Shown: positions 40,041 to 49,991, counted from the stretch's first letter. The stretch: DNA of 64,000 nucleotides from an uncultured Acidobacteriaceae bacterium (GCA_963767605.1 CAVYEP010000014.1:106696-170695), one strand, 5' to 3'. The notes: a model not told the origin generated them from the sequence alone. Numbers and translations are program-made.

Positions 40041-40067
40041 CACTGACAACTGGCAACTGGCAACTGC
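40041..40067. repeat. word-periodic half element (CTGGCAA/CTGACAA heptads) just before rpoN
   Basis: cactgacaactggcaactggcaactgc. Same orientation as the right arm at 39846..39870. Confidence 0.7.
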
Positions 40068-40079
40068 TTTTAAGGGGAG

Positions 40080-41973
40080 ATGGTGCTTCTTCAGCACAAA
40101 CTGAACGTCAAGTTATCGCAGCGGCAGATTCTGACGCCGGGTCTCGTGCAGATGGTCTCGGTGCTCGCGCTCAACAAGCTCGAGCTCAAGGACATGATCA
40201 ATGCCGAGATGGTGGAGAATCCGGTGCTGGAAGAGCTGGAAGATGCCATTCCGATGCTCGACGATGTCGGGCGCCAGGAGGAAGAGCGGGACCGTCTCGC
40301 CGCCAAGGCAACCGCCCCGGAAGAGGGTCCCGCGACCATTGCGGACGAGAAGAAGGATCCTTTCGAAGAGATCGATTTTGGTTCGTTCTTCCAGGATTAT
40401 CTGGATCCGGGCTATCGCAGCTCGGGAGAAATGGAAGAGATCGAGAAGCCTTCGTTCGAGAACTTCCTGTCGAAGCCCGGGAACCTGAGCGACCACCTGC
40501 TGTGGCAGTTGGGCGCGATTTCGGTGCGGCCGGCGGTGCACAGGCGGCTGAGCTGATCATTGGGAATCTGAACGAAGAAGGCTACCTGATTGCCAGCGAC
40601 GAGGAACTGCTGGGCATCGCCCCGGTAGCGGCTCCCGAGGCCGATGTGGAAGTGGCGGCCAAGATTGTTGGCGAAGCGGAGGCGCTGGGGATTGCCGTCG
40701 GCGAGGTTCCGCCCGAAAGTTCCGGCCACGAGACTTCCGGCCTTGAGGCTTCTGTTCTCGCGCCGGAGGAATTGGCCGCAAAAGATATGTACTCTTCGCC
40801 GTCGATGGCCGCAGGCGCTGGAATTGAGTCTTTGGTCGAGTCAGAGGCTGCCTTAGAAATAGCAGCGGACATTCCGCTGCCCGGCGCGGCGAGCCCTGCT
40901 GGAGCGGGCATTGTAGCGGGCGTTGCAGCGAACAACGGAACGAACACCGCGCAACGCTGGAGCAACGGGCACGGGAACCGCCACAGCTCCGGCGCGCTAT
41001 GCACCGGTGAACTTTACCCTCGCGGATCTGCACGAAGCGCTGGAAGTTGTGCGCCAGTTCGATCCGCCGGGCATCGCCTGCCGCGGCTTGCGCGAATGCT
41101 TGCTGTATCAGTTGCGCTACCATCTGGAGCAGTTGCGCTGCACCGAAACGGCAACGCGCTCACCGAGCAGGTCGTGAGAGACGCGATGGCCATCGTCGAC
41201 CAGCATTTGAGAGCGGTGACGCTGAAGCAGTTCAAGGAAATTGGGCGCGCGATCGGGCGTCCGGTGGAAGCGGTGCAGGCGGCGCTCGAGTACGTCCGCA
41301 CGCTGGATCCGCGGCCGGGCTTGCGCTACAACAAAGTTCCGGCCCGGTGATCGAGCCCGATGTCGCGTTCGTGAAGCATGGCGACGAGTGGCTGGTGATC
41401 ATGAACGACGAAGACATGCCGCAGTTGCGCTTGAATCCCGCGTACAAGCGCCTGCTGACCCGCGACGGCAATGACCGCGACACGCGCAACTACGTCAAAG
41501 ACCGCTACAAGTCGGCCATCCAGCTGATCAAGAACATCGAACAACGCAAGCAGACGATCGCCAAGGTTTGCTACTCGATCGTGGCGCGCCAGCAGGATTT
41601 TCTGGAACGTGGAATCGATCAGTTGAAGCCGATGATGATCAAGGAAGTGGCGGAAGAGATCGGCGTGCATCCTTCGACCGTCAGCCGCGCGGTCGCCAAT
41701 AAGTATGTCCACACGCAGCAGGGCGTGTTCGAACTGCGGTACTTCTTCTCGGAGAGCGTGCAAGGGCCCGAGGGTGGAGGCACTTCACTTCTGATTTTGA
41801 AACGCCGCGTCAAGAAACTGATCGAAGAAGAAGATCCGAGCCGGCCGTTGACCGACGAACAGATTACTCGCATTCTGCAATCGCAAGGCATCCAGGTTAC
41901 TCGCCGAACCGTCGCGAAATATCGGGAAGACATGAAGATTCCGAGCACGCATCAGAGAAGAGTGAAAAAGTGA
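40080..41973 (+). pseudogene. rpoN: RNA polymerase sigma-54 factor RpoN, frame broken about 4 times
   Basis: N-terminal MVLLQHKLNVKLSQRQILTPGLVQMVSVLAL. Core ...ELIIGNLNEEGYL..., ...FDPPGIACRGLRECLLYQL... C-terminal ...IKEVAEEIGVHPSTVSRAV.NKYV.T..GVFELRYFF (RpoN box). Frame path 3>2>3>2>1, with joins near 40515, 40960, 41138 and 41338. Confidence 0.9.
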
Positions 41974-42056
41974 AGTCAGAAGTCAGAAGTCAAATTGAAG
42001 AAGTAAAACCAATTCGCCTTTACTTCTTCAATTTGACTTCTGACTTCTGACTTTTT
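41974..42056 (+). terminator. perfect 34-bp-stem hairpin + T-run after rpoN (AGTCAGA heptad family, copy 1)
   Basis: Left arm 41974..42007: agtcagaagtcagaagtcaaattgaagaagtaaa. 11-nt loop. Right arm 42019..42052 is its exact reverse complement, followed by tttt. Confidence 0.85.
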
Positions 42057-42089
42057 GCATCCTGACTCCCGCCTCACTGGAGAGTGCTA

Positions 42090-42683
42090 ATGAACGTGGA
42101 ATATACCGCGAGAAAATACCAAATCACTCCTACCATCCGCAAGGAAGTTGAAACCGGCCTCAACAAGATCCGCAAAATTCTAGGCGACCGATTCGAGACC
42201 AAGGTGATTCTGGCGGTCGAAAAGCGCCAGCATAAAGCCGAGATCACGATCAATCCGCCGAACGGCCCGATTGTCGGGATGGCTCAGACCACCGACATGA
42301 TGTCGGCCATCAATGAAGCGCTCGACCACCTGGAAAAGCAGGCGCTCAAACATAAAACAAAGTGGCTGAGCAAGAAGCGCAAGGCGGGCAAGAAGTTTGA
42401 TGGCCAGTCGTTACAGGACAACCTGGAGGCGGCGCTCGGGCTGGCGGAAAATGCGACCGTTTCCGTTCTGGTGCATAAATTTCCCTCGGTGGCGCGAACC
42501 ACGGAAGTGCATCTGGTGCATGCCACGGACTCGGTCGCACTTCGTCCGATGACGTTGGAAGAAGCGATTAAAGAGACGCACTTCCGCGACAAAGATGTTT
42601 TTGTGTTCCGCGATCCCGAGGGCAAGTTGATGATCCTGCACCGCACGCGGGACGGGAAGATGGAGTTGATTGAAGCACCGTAG
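42090..42683 (+). CDS. hpf: ribosome hibernation-promoting factor (long HPF, sigma-54 modulation protein family)
   Basis: GGAGAG upstream of ATG 42090. MNVEYTARKYQITPTIRKEVETGLNKIRK..., ...KAEITI..., and a C-terminal dimerisation-type tail. Position downstream of rpoN. Confidence 0.88.
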   Translation: MNVEYTARKYQITPTIRKEVETGLNKIRKILGDRFETKVILAVEKRQHKAEITINPPNGPIVGMAQTTDMMSAINEALDHLEKQALKHKTKWLSKKRKAGKKFDGQSLQDNLEAALGLAENATVSVLVHKFPSVARTTEVHLVHATDSVALRPMTLEEAIKETHFRDKDVFVFRDPEGKLMILHRTRDGKMELIEAP

Positions 42684-42687
42684 GGAA

Positions 42688-42790
42688 AGTCAGAAGTCAG
42701 AAGTCAGATTGAAGAAGTAAAACGAGTAGAACCCAGTTGTCCACGCTCGCATTCACTTCTTCAATTTGACTTCTGACTTCTGACTTTTTG
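42688..42790. repeat. AGTCAGA heptad-family hairpin, copy 2, after hpf
   Basis: Left arm 42688..42721: agtcagaagtcagaagtcagattgaagaagtaaa. Right arm 42755..42785: acttcttcaatttgacttctgacttctgact, then ttttgcat. Same tail as copy 1. Confidence 0.9.
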
Positions 42791-42795
42791 CATTC

Positions 42796-44055
42796 TCACA
42801 CGCCGCTGGTTGCTTCCTGCGCCCATTGCAGGGCCTGCCACCAGGTGGAGGCGACTTCTTCATCGGTCAGTTGCAATTGTTTGGCGAGTTCGCTGGATTG
42901 CGCCCACTCCCCCGATTCCTGGGCCAGCATGAGCCGGTACAAGGGGCGGAGGCTGCTCTGCTGGCCGAGCAAGGCGGCTTTGGTTTCGCGCTCCACCGGC
43001 AGTTGTTGAAGGAGTACGTCCATGGCGACCTCGAGGATGGCGTCCATGATGGAGAGCAGTCCCATCAGGAACAAATCGGTGGTTCGAATTTCAAACGGGT
43101 GGAGAGCAGTTCGCAGAAACGGCCGCGGGCCAAACCCATCAGCACCAGTTCGCTGCACTTCTGCTCGGCCGCGCTCACGGTGACCACGAGGCGGATCCAA
43201 CGGCGCATTTCCCGTTCTCCGAGGACGGCCATGGCATGGCGGACCGACTTGATTTCGAGGGAAAATCCAAAGAGCGGGGAATTCAGGTAGCGGAGCAAGC
43301 GGTAACAAATCGAGGCTTCCTGCTTGAGCATCTTCTCCAGTTCGCGCATGTCGATTTCCGGGCGGCAGACCATTTCGAGCAGCCGAATATAGTGCAAGCG
43401 GTTGGCCGGAACTTCGCGGCCGACGACGAGTTCGGGACGGCAGAAAAAGTATCCCTGGAAATAGACGAATCCCATGTCGCGCGCCTGATAAGAACTCGTG
43501 GGGGGTTTCGAGTTTTTCGGCCAGCATCTTGCATTTCGGAGATGCGAAGCGGCGCATCATGCCCGCCCGTTCTTCGGGCCGGGTGGCGCGGACGTCGACT
43601 TTGATGATGTCGGCAAACTCGCAGAGCGGGAGGCGCGGATCGTTGGGTGCGAAGTCGTCGAGGGCGATCATATAGCCCGCCGTTTTCAGGCGCTTGCAGG
43701 CGGCGATGACGCGGTCTTCGGGCTCCACCGTTTCCAGAATCTCGGCCACGGTTTGGTCTGGGGGCAGCAAGGTGAGCAAATCTTTAAACAGGACCTCGCG
43801 GGTGCAATTCATGAAGGCGCGGCGGTGATCGCAAATCGTCTCGATACCGAAGAGCAGCGAACTATCGAGGGTGGAGCGGCAGGCAAGTTCCGGGTCGGCG
43901 TTGAAGTAGTCTTCGACACCGTTGCGGAAAAGGATTTCGTATCCGAACACTTTCTGCGAGCGGTCAAAAATTGGCTGGCGGGCAACGAAACGCTGTCCCG
44001 GCAAGGCGAGGAAGTTCGGGTCCGTGGCTTTCTCGGTGGCAGCTGCTGGTTTCAC
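42796..44055 (-). pseudogene. EAL-like + HDOD domain protein, frame broken twice (compensating)
   Basis: N-terminal ...FVARQPIFDRSQKVFGYEILFR...IALDDF... The middle is in ORF 43065..43475 (GFVYFQGYFFCRP...LLRYLNSPLFGF...IKSVRHAMAVLG, HDOD). The C-terminal part returns to the first frame. Joins near 43490 and 43085. Confidence 0.75.
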
Positions 44056-44450
44056 GCCTTTTATATCGGCGTTGCCTTAGCGGAACTTCAGGCGAAACCG
44101 GGTGGGTGTCATCCCGGGTGTGGAAAACTAAAGGCACTCCCCCCTTGCGCGTTCGACGGTTTCGTGAGTAACATCAAGGTGTTCCCAATGGCCATGCTTC
44201 CAGGCTGGCCGTTCGCGCCCAGCAAAACTCCAGGCGCCCAGAATAAAGACAGTTTGAAACATCGTTCTCGATTTGCGTTCTCGAATAGTATCCAGCCGAG
44301 GTGGGGTTTGGTCTGCCGTTAGGCGGTGAGCAGTACGTCGCGCGTTGCGCCACACGCCACAACTTAACGTGCCGACCGCAGGGGAAGACGAAACAATCGG
44401 GCCTGTGATCCAGGCCGGAAATTAACTTCAAAGCTTCACAAGAGAAAAAT

Positions 44451-45131
44451 ATGAATGCAGGACCCGGACACTCCTCCTCGGGGGGAGGGAAACATAAACG
44501 GCGCCGTGGACGGCGTCCGCCAAGACGAGGCGCGGGTGGCCCGATGGGCCGCCAGCGCCAGGAGCAGCAAGGCATTTTTACCGCTCCCATGGATCACAGT
44601 TACCGCGCCAATATGGGCATGGATAGTGGCAATGGCAATGGCAGCGGCAGCAACCGGGGACCGCGACGGCCGGGTTTTTCCGCGTCGTACCCGGTGGCCG
44701 ATCCAGAACCTCTGCCGGCTCCACGAGAAGACGCCGCTTCGCGCGTTTTCGCGTTTGTCGAAGACCTGTTCTTCCTGAGCAAGATTCAGGCCACCGGACA
44801 AAAGATGAATGTGAAGGTGGAGTTCGTGAAGAACGAGAAGGAACTCACCGACCGCATGAAGAGCAACGGAGAAGAAAAGCCTTCGCTGATCATCTTCGAC
44901 TTGAACAATGCCAATGCCAAGCCTTTGACGCTCATCCCAAAACTGAAAAGCAAGCTGAAGAAAGGGACGTCGATCATCGGATTTCTCTCGCACGTGCAGG
45001 GCGACTTGAAACAGAAAGCGCACGACGTGGGCTGTGACATGGTGCTGCCGCGGTCGGCGTTTTCGCAGAATCTGCCGCAGTTGCTGCGTCGGCATGGGGC
45101 GGTCGAGGCCGATACCGGAGCAGGCGACTAG
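44451..45131 (+). CDS. hypothetical protein: RG-rich disordered N-terminus + atypical receiver-like domain
   Basis: 226 aa. The C-terminal 130 aa resemble a CheY-like fold (..VFAFVEDLFF.., ..LIIFDLN.., ..IIGFLSH..), but the conserved Lys position reads LPRS. Confidence 0.55.
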   Translation: MNAGPGHSSSGGGKHKRRRGRRPPRRGAGGPMGRQRQEQQGIFTAPMDHSYRANMGMDSGNGNGSGSNRGPRRPGFSASYPVADPEPLPAPREDAASRVFAFVEDLFFLSKIQATGQKMNVKVEFVKNEKELTDRMKSNGEEKPSLIIFDLNNANAKPLTLIPKLKSKLKKGTSIIGFLSHVQGDLKQKAHDVGCDMVLPRSAFSQNLPQLLRRHGAVEADTGAGD

Positions 45132-45152
45132 CTGGACGTTCCGAAGCTAGTG

Positions 45153-45421
45153 AATTTCGTATCAGGGTATCGCTTTAGCGATACCGCATTTCATCGAACT
45201 GAATGCCCCTTTAGGGGTGCGCGTGAGAACTACTCTTTCGCCCCGCTGGGGCTGCATGATTTACCACTTTTTACCCACGGCTTGCGCCGTGGGCTGCATT
45301 CTTACGCCGCTTCGCGGCTAAAAATCTGGAGCATTGCTCCACCGCGTCGGCGAAACTCACGCACACACTTTAGGGGCTGGGCGTCGAAGCGTGCAAGCCG
45401 GCAGAGCCTGATACAATTTCG
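45153..45421. repeat. ~270-bp composite of short GC hairpins with imperfect terminal inverted repeats (MITE-like)
   Basis: Ends aatttcgtatcagg (45153..45166) and cctgatacaatttcg (45407..45421). Internal hairpins: ggtatcgc-ttta-gcgatacc, gcccc-ttta-gggg, cccacggc-ttgc-gccgtggg, gccgc-ttc-gcggc. One frame reads PTACAVGCILTPLRG*. Confidence 0.7.
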
Positions 45422-45423
45422 CC

Positions 45424-46161
45424 GTGCTCCTTCATAAGATTCTGATTCTGACTGCGGCCACCGCTTTGGGTTCCGCCGCTCCCGCCCAGCAGTCCCCGGT
45501 CAACGCGCAGCAGCCTCCGGTAAAAGTGAGCGTCCTCAACGTGTGCGCGCCTTCGGCGGACGAGCAGAAGGAATTGTCGTCGGCACTGGCCAAAGTTCCG
45601 GGCAAGCCGGTATTCAGCGCGGACTACGAAGTTTCTCGCGGCCATTCCACACTCGACGCGAGCACTCCCATCCCCGGCATGCAGCCCTTGCCGGCTGGGG
45701 CAGTGTCGGCGGCCGATTATGTTCGGGTTCGGCGCGAGTTCCCCGGCGCCACCCTGTTCAGCAACGTCCAATACTCGTTCAGCGCGGATGCGACGAATAT
45801 GGTGGAGACGCTGGTGCTGCGCGTGCGCGATCCCAAAGATCTATTGCAGGTTTCGATCGAGGACAGCGCTTCCAGCGTTGCTTCCGCGACTGCGATGTTG
45901 TCGGCCAGCACACCGGTTTCGCGAGTCAGGCTGGAGCGCTTTGGAAAGTCGTCGGTTGCGTTGGCGCGGTGCTCGGGAGCGGAAGGAAATCCGGCGACGG
46001 ATGAGAGCGCATACGAACCGATCTTTCGCGCCGCCTCTTCGATTATGGAGCGCTATCGCGACGCTCTGGGCGCGCGCAAGATGGTGCCCCAGGAACTGGC
46101 TCACTTGCGCGCGGGAAGTTTAGCCAAGGCGGCTGGCGGCAGCAAGAAGAATAACAAATAG
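45424..46161 (+). CDS. hypothetical secreted protein
   Basis: GTG 45424. Signal-like MLLHKILILTAATALGSAAPAQQ. No recognisable domain. Confidence 0.6.
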   Translation: MLLHKILILTAATALGSAAPAQQSPVNAQQPPVKVSVLNVCAPSADEQKELSSALAKVPGKPVFSADYEVSRGHSTLDASTPIPGMQPLPAGAVSAADYVRVRREFPGATLFSNVQYSFSADATNMVETLVLRVRDPKDLLQVSIEDSASSVASATAMLSASTPVSRVRLERFGKSSVALARCSGAEGNPATDESAYEPIFRAASSIMERYRDALGARKMVPQELAHLRAGSLAKAAGGSKKNNK

Positions 46162-46245
46162 TTTGCCCTGTGTTGTGCGGCTTGAAGCGAAATCTGTTTT
46201 CCAGAATCTACCTTCTAGCACTTGTTTAACCACTTTCTAACTACT

Positions 46246-47175
46246 ATGGAAATCCGCAATGTTGTCATCATCGGCTCTGGATGCGCCGGTCACACCGCCG
46301 CCCTCTACAGCGCCCGCGCCAACCTCAAGCCGCTCGTAATCGAAGGCCATGAACCGGGCGGACAACTCTCGCTGACCACGCTGGTGGAAAATTTCCCCGG
46401 TTTTCCCGAAGGCATCCAGGGGCCGGAACTGATCGAGAACATGCGTAAGCAGGCCGAGCGCTTCGGCGCCGACTATCGCATGGGCCACGTAGTCAAGGCC
46501 GATTTGAGCAAACATCCGTTCGAGTTAAGCTTCGGCAAAGAGATCATTCCGACCCGCACGCTCATCATCGCCAGTGGTGCATCGGCGCGCTGGCTGGGAT
46601 TGGCGAACGAGCAGGCGCTGATTGGCCACGGTGTTTCTTCCTGCGCCACTTGCGATGGCTTCTTTTTTTCGGGCAAGGAAATCGCGGTCATCGGCGGCGG
46701 CGACTCGGCCATGGAAGAAGCGACCTTTCTGACGCGCTTTGCCAGCAAGGTGACGCTTATCCATCGCCGCGAGCAGTTTCGCGCTTCGAAAATCATGCTC
46801 GACCGCGCGCGGGCTAATTCAAAGATCGCGTTTCTCACCGATACCGTGGTGGATGACGTTCTCGATGTCAGCAAGAAGGAAGTCACGGCCCTGCGCCTGC
46901 GCAATCTGAAGAGCGGCGAAAGTTGGGAATTTCCCACGAGCGCAATGTTTCTTGGCATCGGACACATCCCGAACGCGAAAATATTCGAAGGCCAGCTCGA
47001 AACCGATGCCGATGGTTATCTGGTCACGCAGAAGAACGTGTTCACCAAAGTGCCGGGCGTATTCGCGTGCGGCGACGTACAGGACCGCCGCTATCGCCAG
47101 GCCATCACGGCCGCTGGCTCCGGCTGCATGGCGGCGCTGGAAGTGGAGAAATTTCTGGAAAACCAAGGGCACTGA
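46246..47175 (+). CDS. trxB: thioredoxin-disulfide reductase
   Basis: From ATG 46246. VVIIGSGCAGHTAALY, redox-active CATCDG, VIGGGDSAMEEA, GVFACGDV. Confidence 0.93.
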   Translation: MEIRNVVIIGSGCAGHTAALYSARANLKPLVIEGHEPGGQLSLTTLVENFPGFPEGIQGPELIENMRKQAERFGADYRMGHVVKADLSKHPFELSFGKEIIPTRTLIIASGASARWLGLANEQALIGHGVSSCATCDGFFFSGKEIAVIGGGDSAMEEATFLTRFASKVTLIHRREQFRASKIMLDRARANSKIAFLTDTVVDDVLDVSKKEVTALRLRNLKSGESWEFPTSAMFLGIGHIPNAKIFEGQLETDADGYLVTQKNVFTKVPGVFACGDVQDRRYRQAITAAGSGCMAALEVEKFLENQGH

Positions 47176-47209
47176 GGGTGAACTTTTCTGGACTACCGTC
47201 GAAAGGCAT

Positions 47210-47288
47210 TACCACAGAGGTCACAGCGGTACACAGAGGAAACCCCACGCATATCTTAGATTCTCCTCTGGGCCCTCTGTGGTTAAGG
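47210..47288. repeat. AACCACAGAGG-family palindromic element
   Basis: Left arm taccacagaggtcacagcggtacacagaggaaacccc. Right arm ctcctctgggccctctgtggttaagg. Overlaps the stop of the minus-strand gene at 47283. Confidence 0.85.
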
Positions 47289-48080
47289 TTTTGTTCTTTC
47301 GCGCAACACTCGCTTCCGCGTGGCAACCGGCAGCGTTTCGCACGCCGCGCGCAGCACCCGTCGCGGCGCGTTTCTTCGGATCCTCATCAAGTAAGGCACG
47401 GTGCGCTTCGGATCGGCTTTCGCAGTCTCGCGCAACAGCCAACCCAATCCCTTCTGCACCATGTCGTCCTCGTCAAGCAGCAAACGATTGGAAAGCCGCA
47501 CGATCTCGGCAAAGAACCGGCGCTCGCGCGCTCCCCGGATCAGCGCCACACACGCCGCGCGCCGCCGCCAGCGATTCCGCGACTTCGCCCAGCGGAATAC
47601 CTCGCGGCAACGGGCAGTCTTGGCGGCCACCATCGGCGCCAACAGATAATGCGCCAGCGCGTCGTGATCGGCCCAACTGGTCACGCGGTCGAGCCACGAG
47701 GTAAAGAGCTTAAATTCATTGTCGCCAAAATTCTCAGTTTGTTTTTCGAGCAGGAAAACCGCCATCACCTTCTCTTCCAGAATCCGGCCGGAGAAAAGTT
47801 GGTCCGCGACCTGTACCAGGAATTCCATCCCCCGTTCGCGAGCGATCGCGCGCCGGAACCGCGCCGCAAATCTTCTGAGTTCGGCCGTGTACCAGCCGCG
47901 CGATTGGATTTCTTCCTTGAAAAAGCGCTGCACGTCTTCCGAGTGCGGGGCGGACCCGCCATCCTTCAGCACGCGCCGGATGTGGTCCGCAATGTAGTTG
48001 GGTGTGACTTTGCTCTTGGACACGTTCTCCTCAGGTAGCCACTCGCGTCTCCGCGCGTCGGTGTGCGGAGAGTTGCTCAT
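47283..48080 (-). CDS. DNA alkylation repair enzyme-like HEAT-repeat protein
   Basis: From ATG 48080. ...VQRFFKEEIQSRGW...VTSWADHDAL...MVQKGLGWLLRE... pattern as in the PF08713-type family (recognised by eye). Confidence 0.6.
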   Translation of the reverse strand: MSNSPHTDARRREWLPEENVSKSKVTPNYIADHIRRVLKDGGSAPHSEDVQRFFKEEIQSRGWYTAELRRFAARFRRAIARERGMEFLVQVADQLFSGRILEEKVMAVFLLEKQTENFGDNEFKLFTSWLDRVTSWADHDALAHYLLAPMVAAKTARCREVFRWAKSRNRWRRRAACVALIRGARERRFFAEIVRLSNRLLLDEDDMVQKGLGWLLRETAKADPKRTVPYLMRIRRNAPRRVLRAACETLPVATRKRVLRERTKP

Positions 48081-48169
48081 GATAAGAAAGTGCGAAGCGA
48101 ATTGCAGTGATCGGGCGTCACAGTGAGATGTTCGCGACTGTCCCACCCCCGACGTCGAAGAACACGACG

Positions 48170-49600
48170 TTAGGATGGGGCACCCGCTGCGTTGCCCGTG
48201 CTCACTGTTTTGTCATAAATCCACAGCGCCGCCGCCGTGACCAGGCCGACCGCCGTGACGCTCCACCAAATCCTCGCCGGTTGATGAGTGACTTCTCCGA
48301 AGTGGTGGACCAGCGTTCCGCCAAACCAGCCGCCGATCAGCGAGCCAATGCCAATGGGCAGGAATGCGAAGCCCATGTATGTGCCCTGCTGTCCGGGAGG
48401 CGCGAGCCTCGAAATGTATTCGTAATAGCGCGGCGCCTGGATGATCTCGCCCAGCGCCAGCACAAACAGCGAAAGCACCGCGCCCCAAATCGTTGGCCGA
48501 AACGCGAGGATTAGCCACGACGCGGACGTGATCACCGTCCCCAGTATGACGGCTTGAAATGCGGGGATCTTGCGGGTCAGGTAATTCATCGCCAGCGTAA
48601 GACAGATCACGGTCAATCCATCCGTCACTAAAACGGTTTCAGCGGATGCCTTGGCGTTGATGTAGCCGTGGATGTAGCCGGGCAGACTGATGTACTGCTG
48701 CCAGAACACGACCCAATAGCCGGTGAACAGCACCAGGAACCACATGAAGCGGCTCAAACCGGCGAGCACCAGCGCCAAAAGTATGACCCAGATCCACCAG
48801 GGAAAATGGGACGCGGGATAGACCCACAACCCGATCCGCAATAATAAAGCGACTGCCAAAACGGGCAAGACCAGCCGGTAGTTTCCCACCACCACGCAGA
48901 AGTTCCGCGCGACCGTCGCGACTGAAGGCGGAGGCGCGTCTCCAGGCTTGCGCGGTTCCCGGAAAAACAATAAGACCACAAAGAACATCGCGAAGACGCC
49001 GATCGCCGCCACGCGATAGACGTTCTCGACGCCCAAATGACGGTGGGCCCACCCAGCGAAAAGAGGGCCGAAAGCGCCGCCGATGTTCACCATCGTGTAG
49101 TAGATCGAGTAGCCGATCGAGCGGACGTTCTCCTTGGAAGCGCGGGCCGTCGTGCCAACCACGCAAGGTTTCACCAGCGAGATGCCGAGCGCGGGAAGGA
49201 TGAGAATGCAGCCGACGAACAATCCCAGCGGCACGGCGTTGCGCACCGGCGCCAGCCATGACGCTCCAATCGATCCGATCAGGAAATAGGCTGCGGCCAG
49301 GATGAGGTAAGCCATCGACAGCGCGCGGCGAAAGCCGAGACGATCGGCGGCGGCTCCGCCGAAGATGGCGAGAAACCATACCATGCCACCGAACAAGCCA
49401 GTCAGAGTCCCGGTCTGCTCGGTGGAGAAATTCAGCTTTTCCTGCAGATAGAGGGCGAGCGAAGCAAAGGCTCCGTAGTAGGAAAGACGTTCAAATATCT
49501 CGCTGATGTTGGCGATCCAGAAGGGCTGTTCGAAGCCGGTGCGGATCTCTTGGAAACGTTCGGAAAAGGTCAAAGTCCGGGCCTCCTGGCCCATCGCCAC
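48170..49600 (-). CDS. proton-dependent oligopeptide transporter (POT/PTR2, MFS)
   Basis: 476 aa, multi-TM. N-terminal FWIANISEIFERLSYYGAFASLALYL (ExxERFxYYG-like signature). Confidence 0.8.
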   Translation of the reverse strand: MAMGQEARTLTFSERFQEIRTGFEQPFWIANISEIFERLSYYGAFASLALYLQEKLNFSTEQTGTLTGLFGGMVWFLAIFGGAAADRLGFRRALSMAYLILAAAYFLIGSIGASWLAPVRNAVPLGLFVGCILILPALGISLVKPCVVGTTARASKENVRSIGYSIYYTMVNIGGAFGPLFAGWAHRHLGVENVYRVAAIGVFAMFFVVLLFFREPRKPGDAPPPSVATVARNFCVVVGNYRLVLPVLAVALLLRIGLWVYPASHFPWWIWVILLALVLAGLSRFMWFLVLFTGYWVVFWQQYISLPGYIHGYINAKASAETVLVTDGLTVICLTLAMNYLTRKIPAFQAVILGTVITSASWLILAFRPTIWGAVLSLFVLALGEIIQAPRYYEYISRLAPPGQQGTYMGFAFLPIGIGSLIGGWFGGTLVHHFGEVTHQPARIWWSVTAVGLVTAAALWIYDKTVSTGNAAGAPS

Positions 49601-49941
49601 AGAACAACCAGCTCACCGGCAACGAACAAAGAACCAAAAATACTCTTGTTGGAGCACGCCACCCACAACGGAAGGTAGATATCGAAATTGCAGGCGCGAT
49701 CGTCCGTATAGCGGGCCGCCACATCAGTGAGCGGACAGCGTCCGCCGTTGACGGCCAACACCAGGCACTCGCCAACGATCAACAGCGTCAACCCGAACGC
49801 CCAACGAAACTTCCCGAACCACCCGAGCCAGGGCAGGGCGAGGATCGATGCCGCCATGACGGCCCAGATTGCCGTATGCAGCAGCTTGATCTGCCGGAGC
49901 TCGTGCGCCAGCGTCGCGGCGGAATCGTGCACCTGTAGCAT
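49570..49941 (-). CDS. small membrane protein (DUF2784-like, CPLT motif)
   Basis: 123 aa, 3 TM. ...NGGRCPLTDVAARY... Overlaps the downstream transporter ORF by ~30 nt. Confidence 0.55.
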   Translation of the reverse strand: MLQVHDSAATLAHELRQIKLLHTAIWAVMAASILALPWLGWFGKFRWAFGLTLLIVGECLVLAVNGGRCPLTDVAARYTDDRACNFDIYLPLWVACSNKSIFGSLFVAGELVVLWRWARRPGL

Positions 49942-49991
49942 GGCAAAGACCTCTCTTTTTGCGGCCTGTTTTCGCGAGTGTATTCCAAGGG

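Noticed and set aside
44133-44148. Sigma-54-like GGCAC...TTGC motif upstream of the 44451 gene.
   Set aside because: 12 nt separate GG and GC, not the canonical 10, and the only rpoN in the window is frame-broken.
45150-45437. 95-aa ORF MNFVSGYRFSDTAFHRTECPFRGAR...
   Set aside because: It is the translation of the hairpin-rich composite repeat. A partial inverted copy of the DNA occurs at 29034..29098, and the sequence has no protein-like features.
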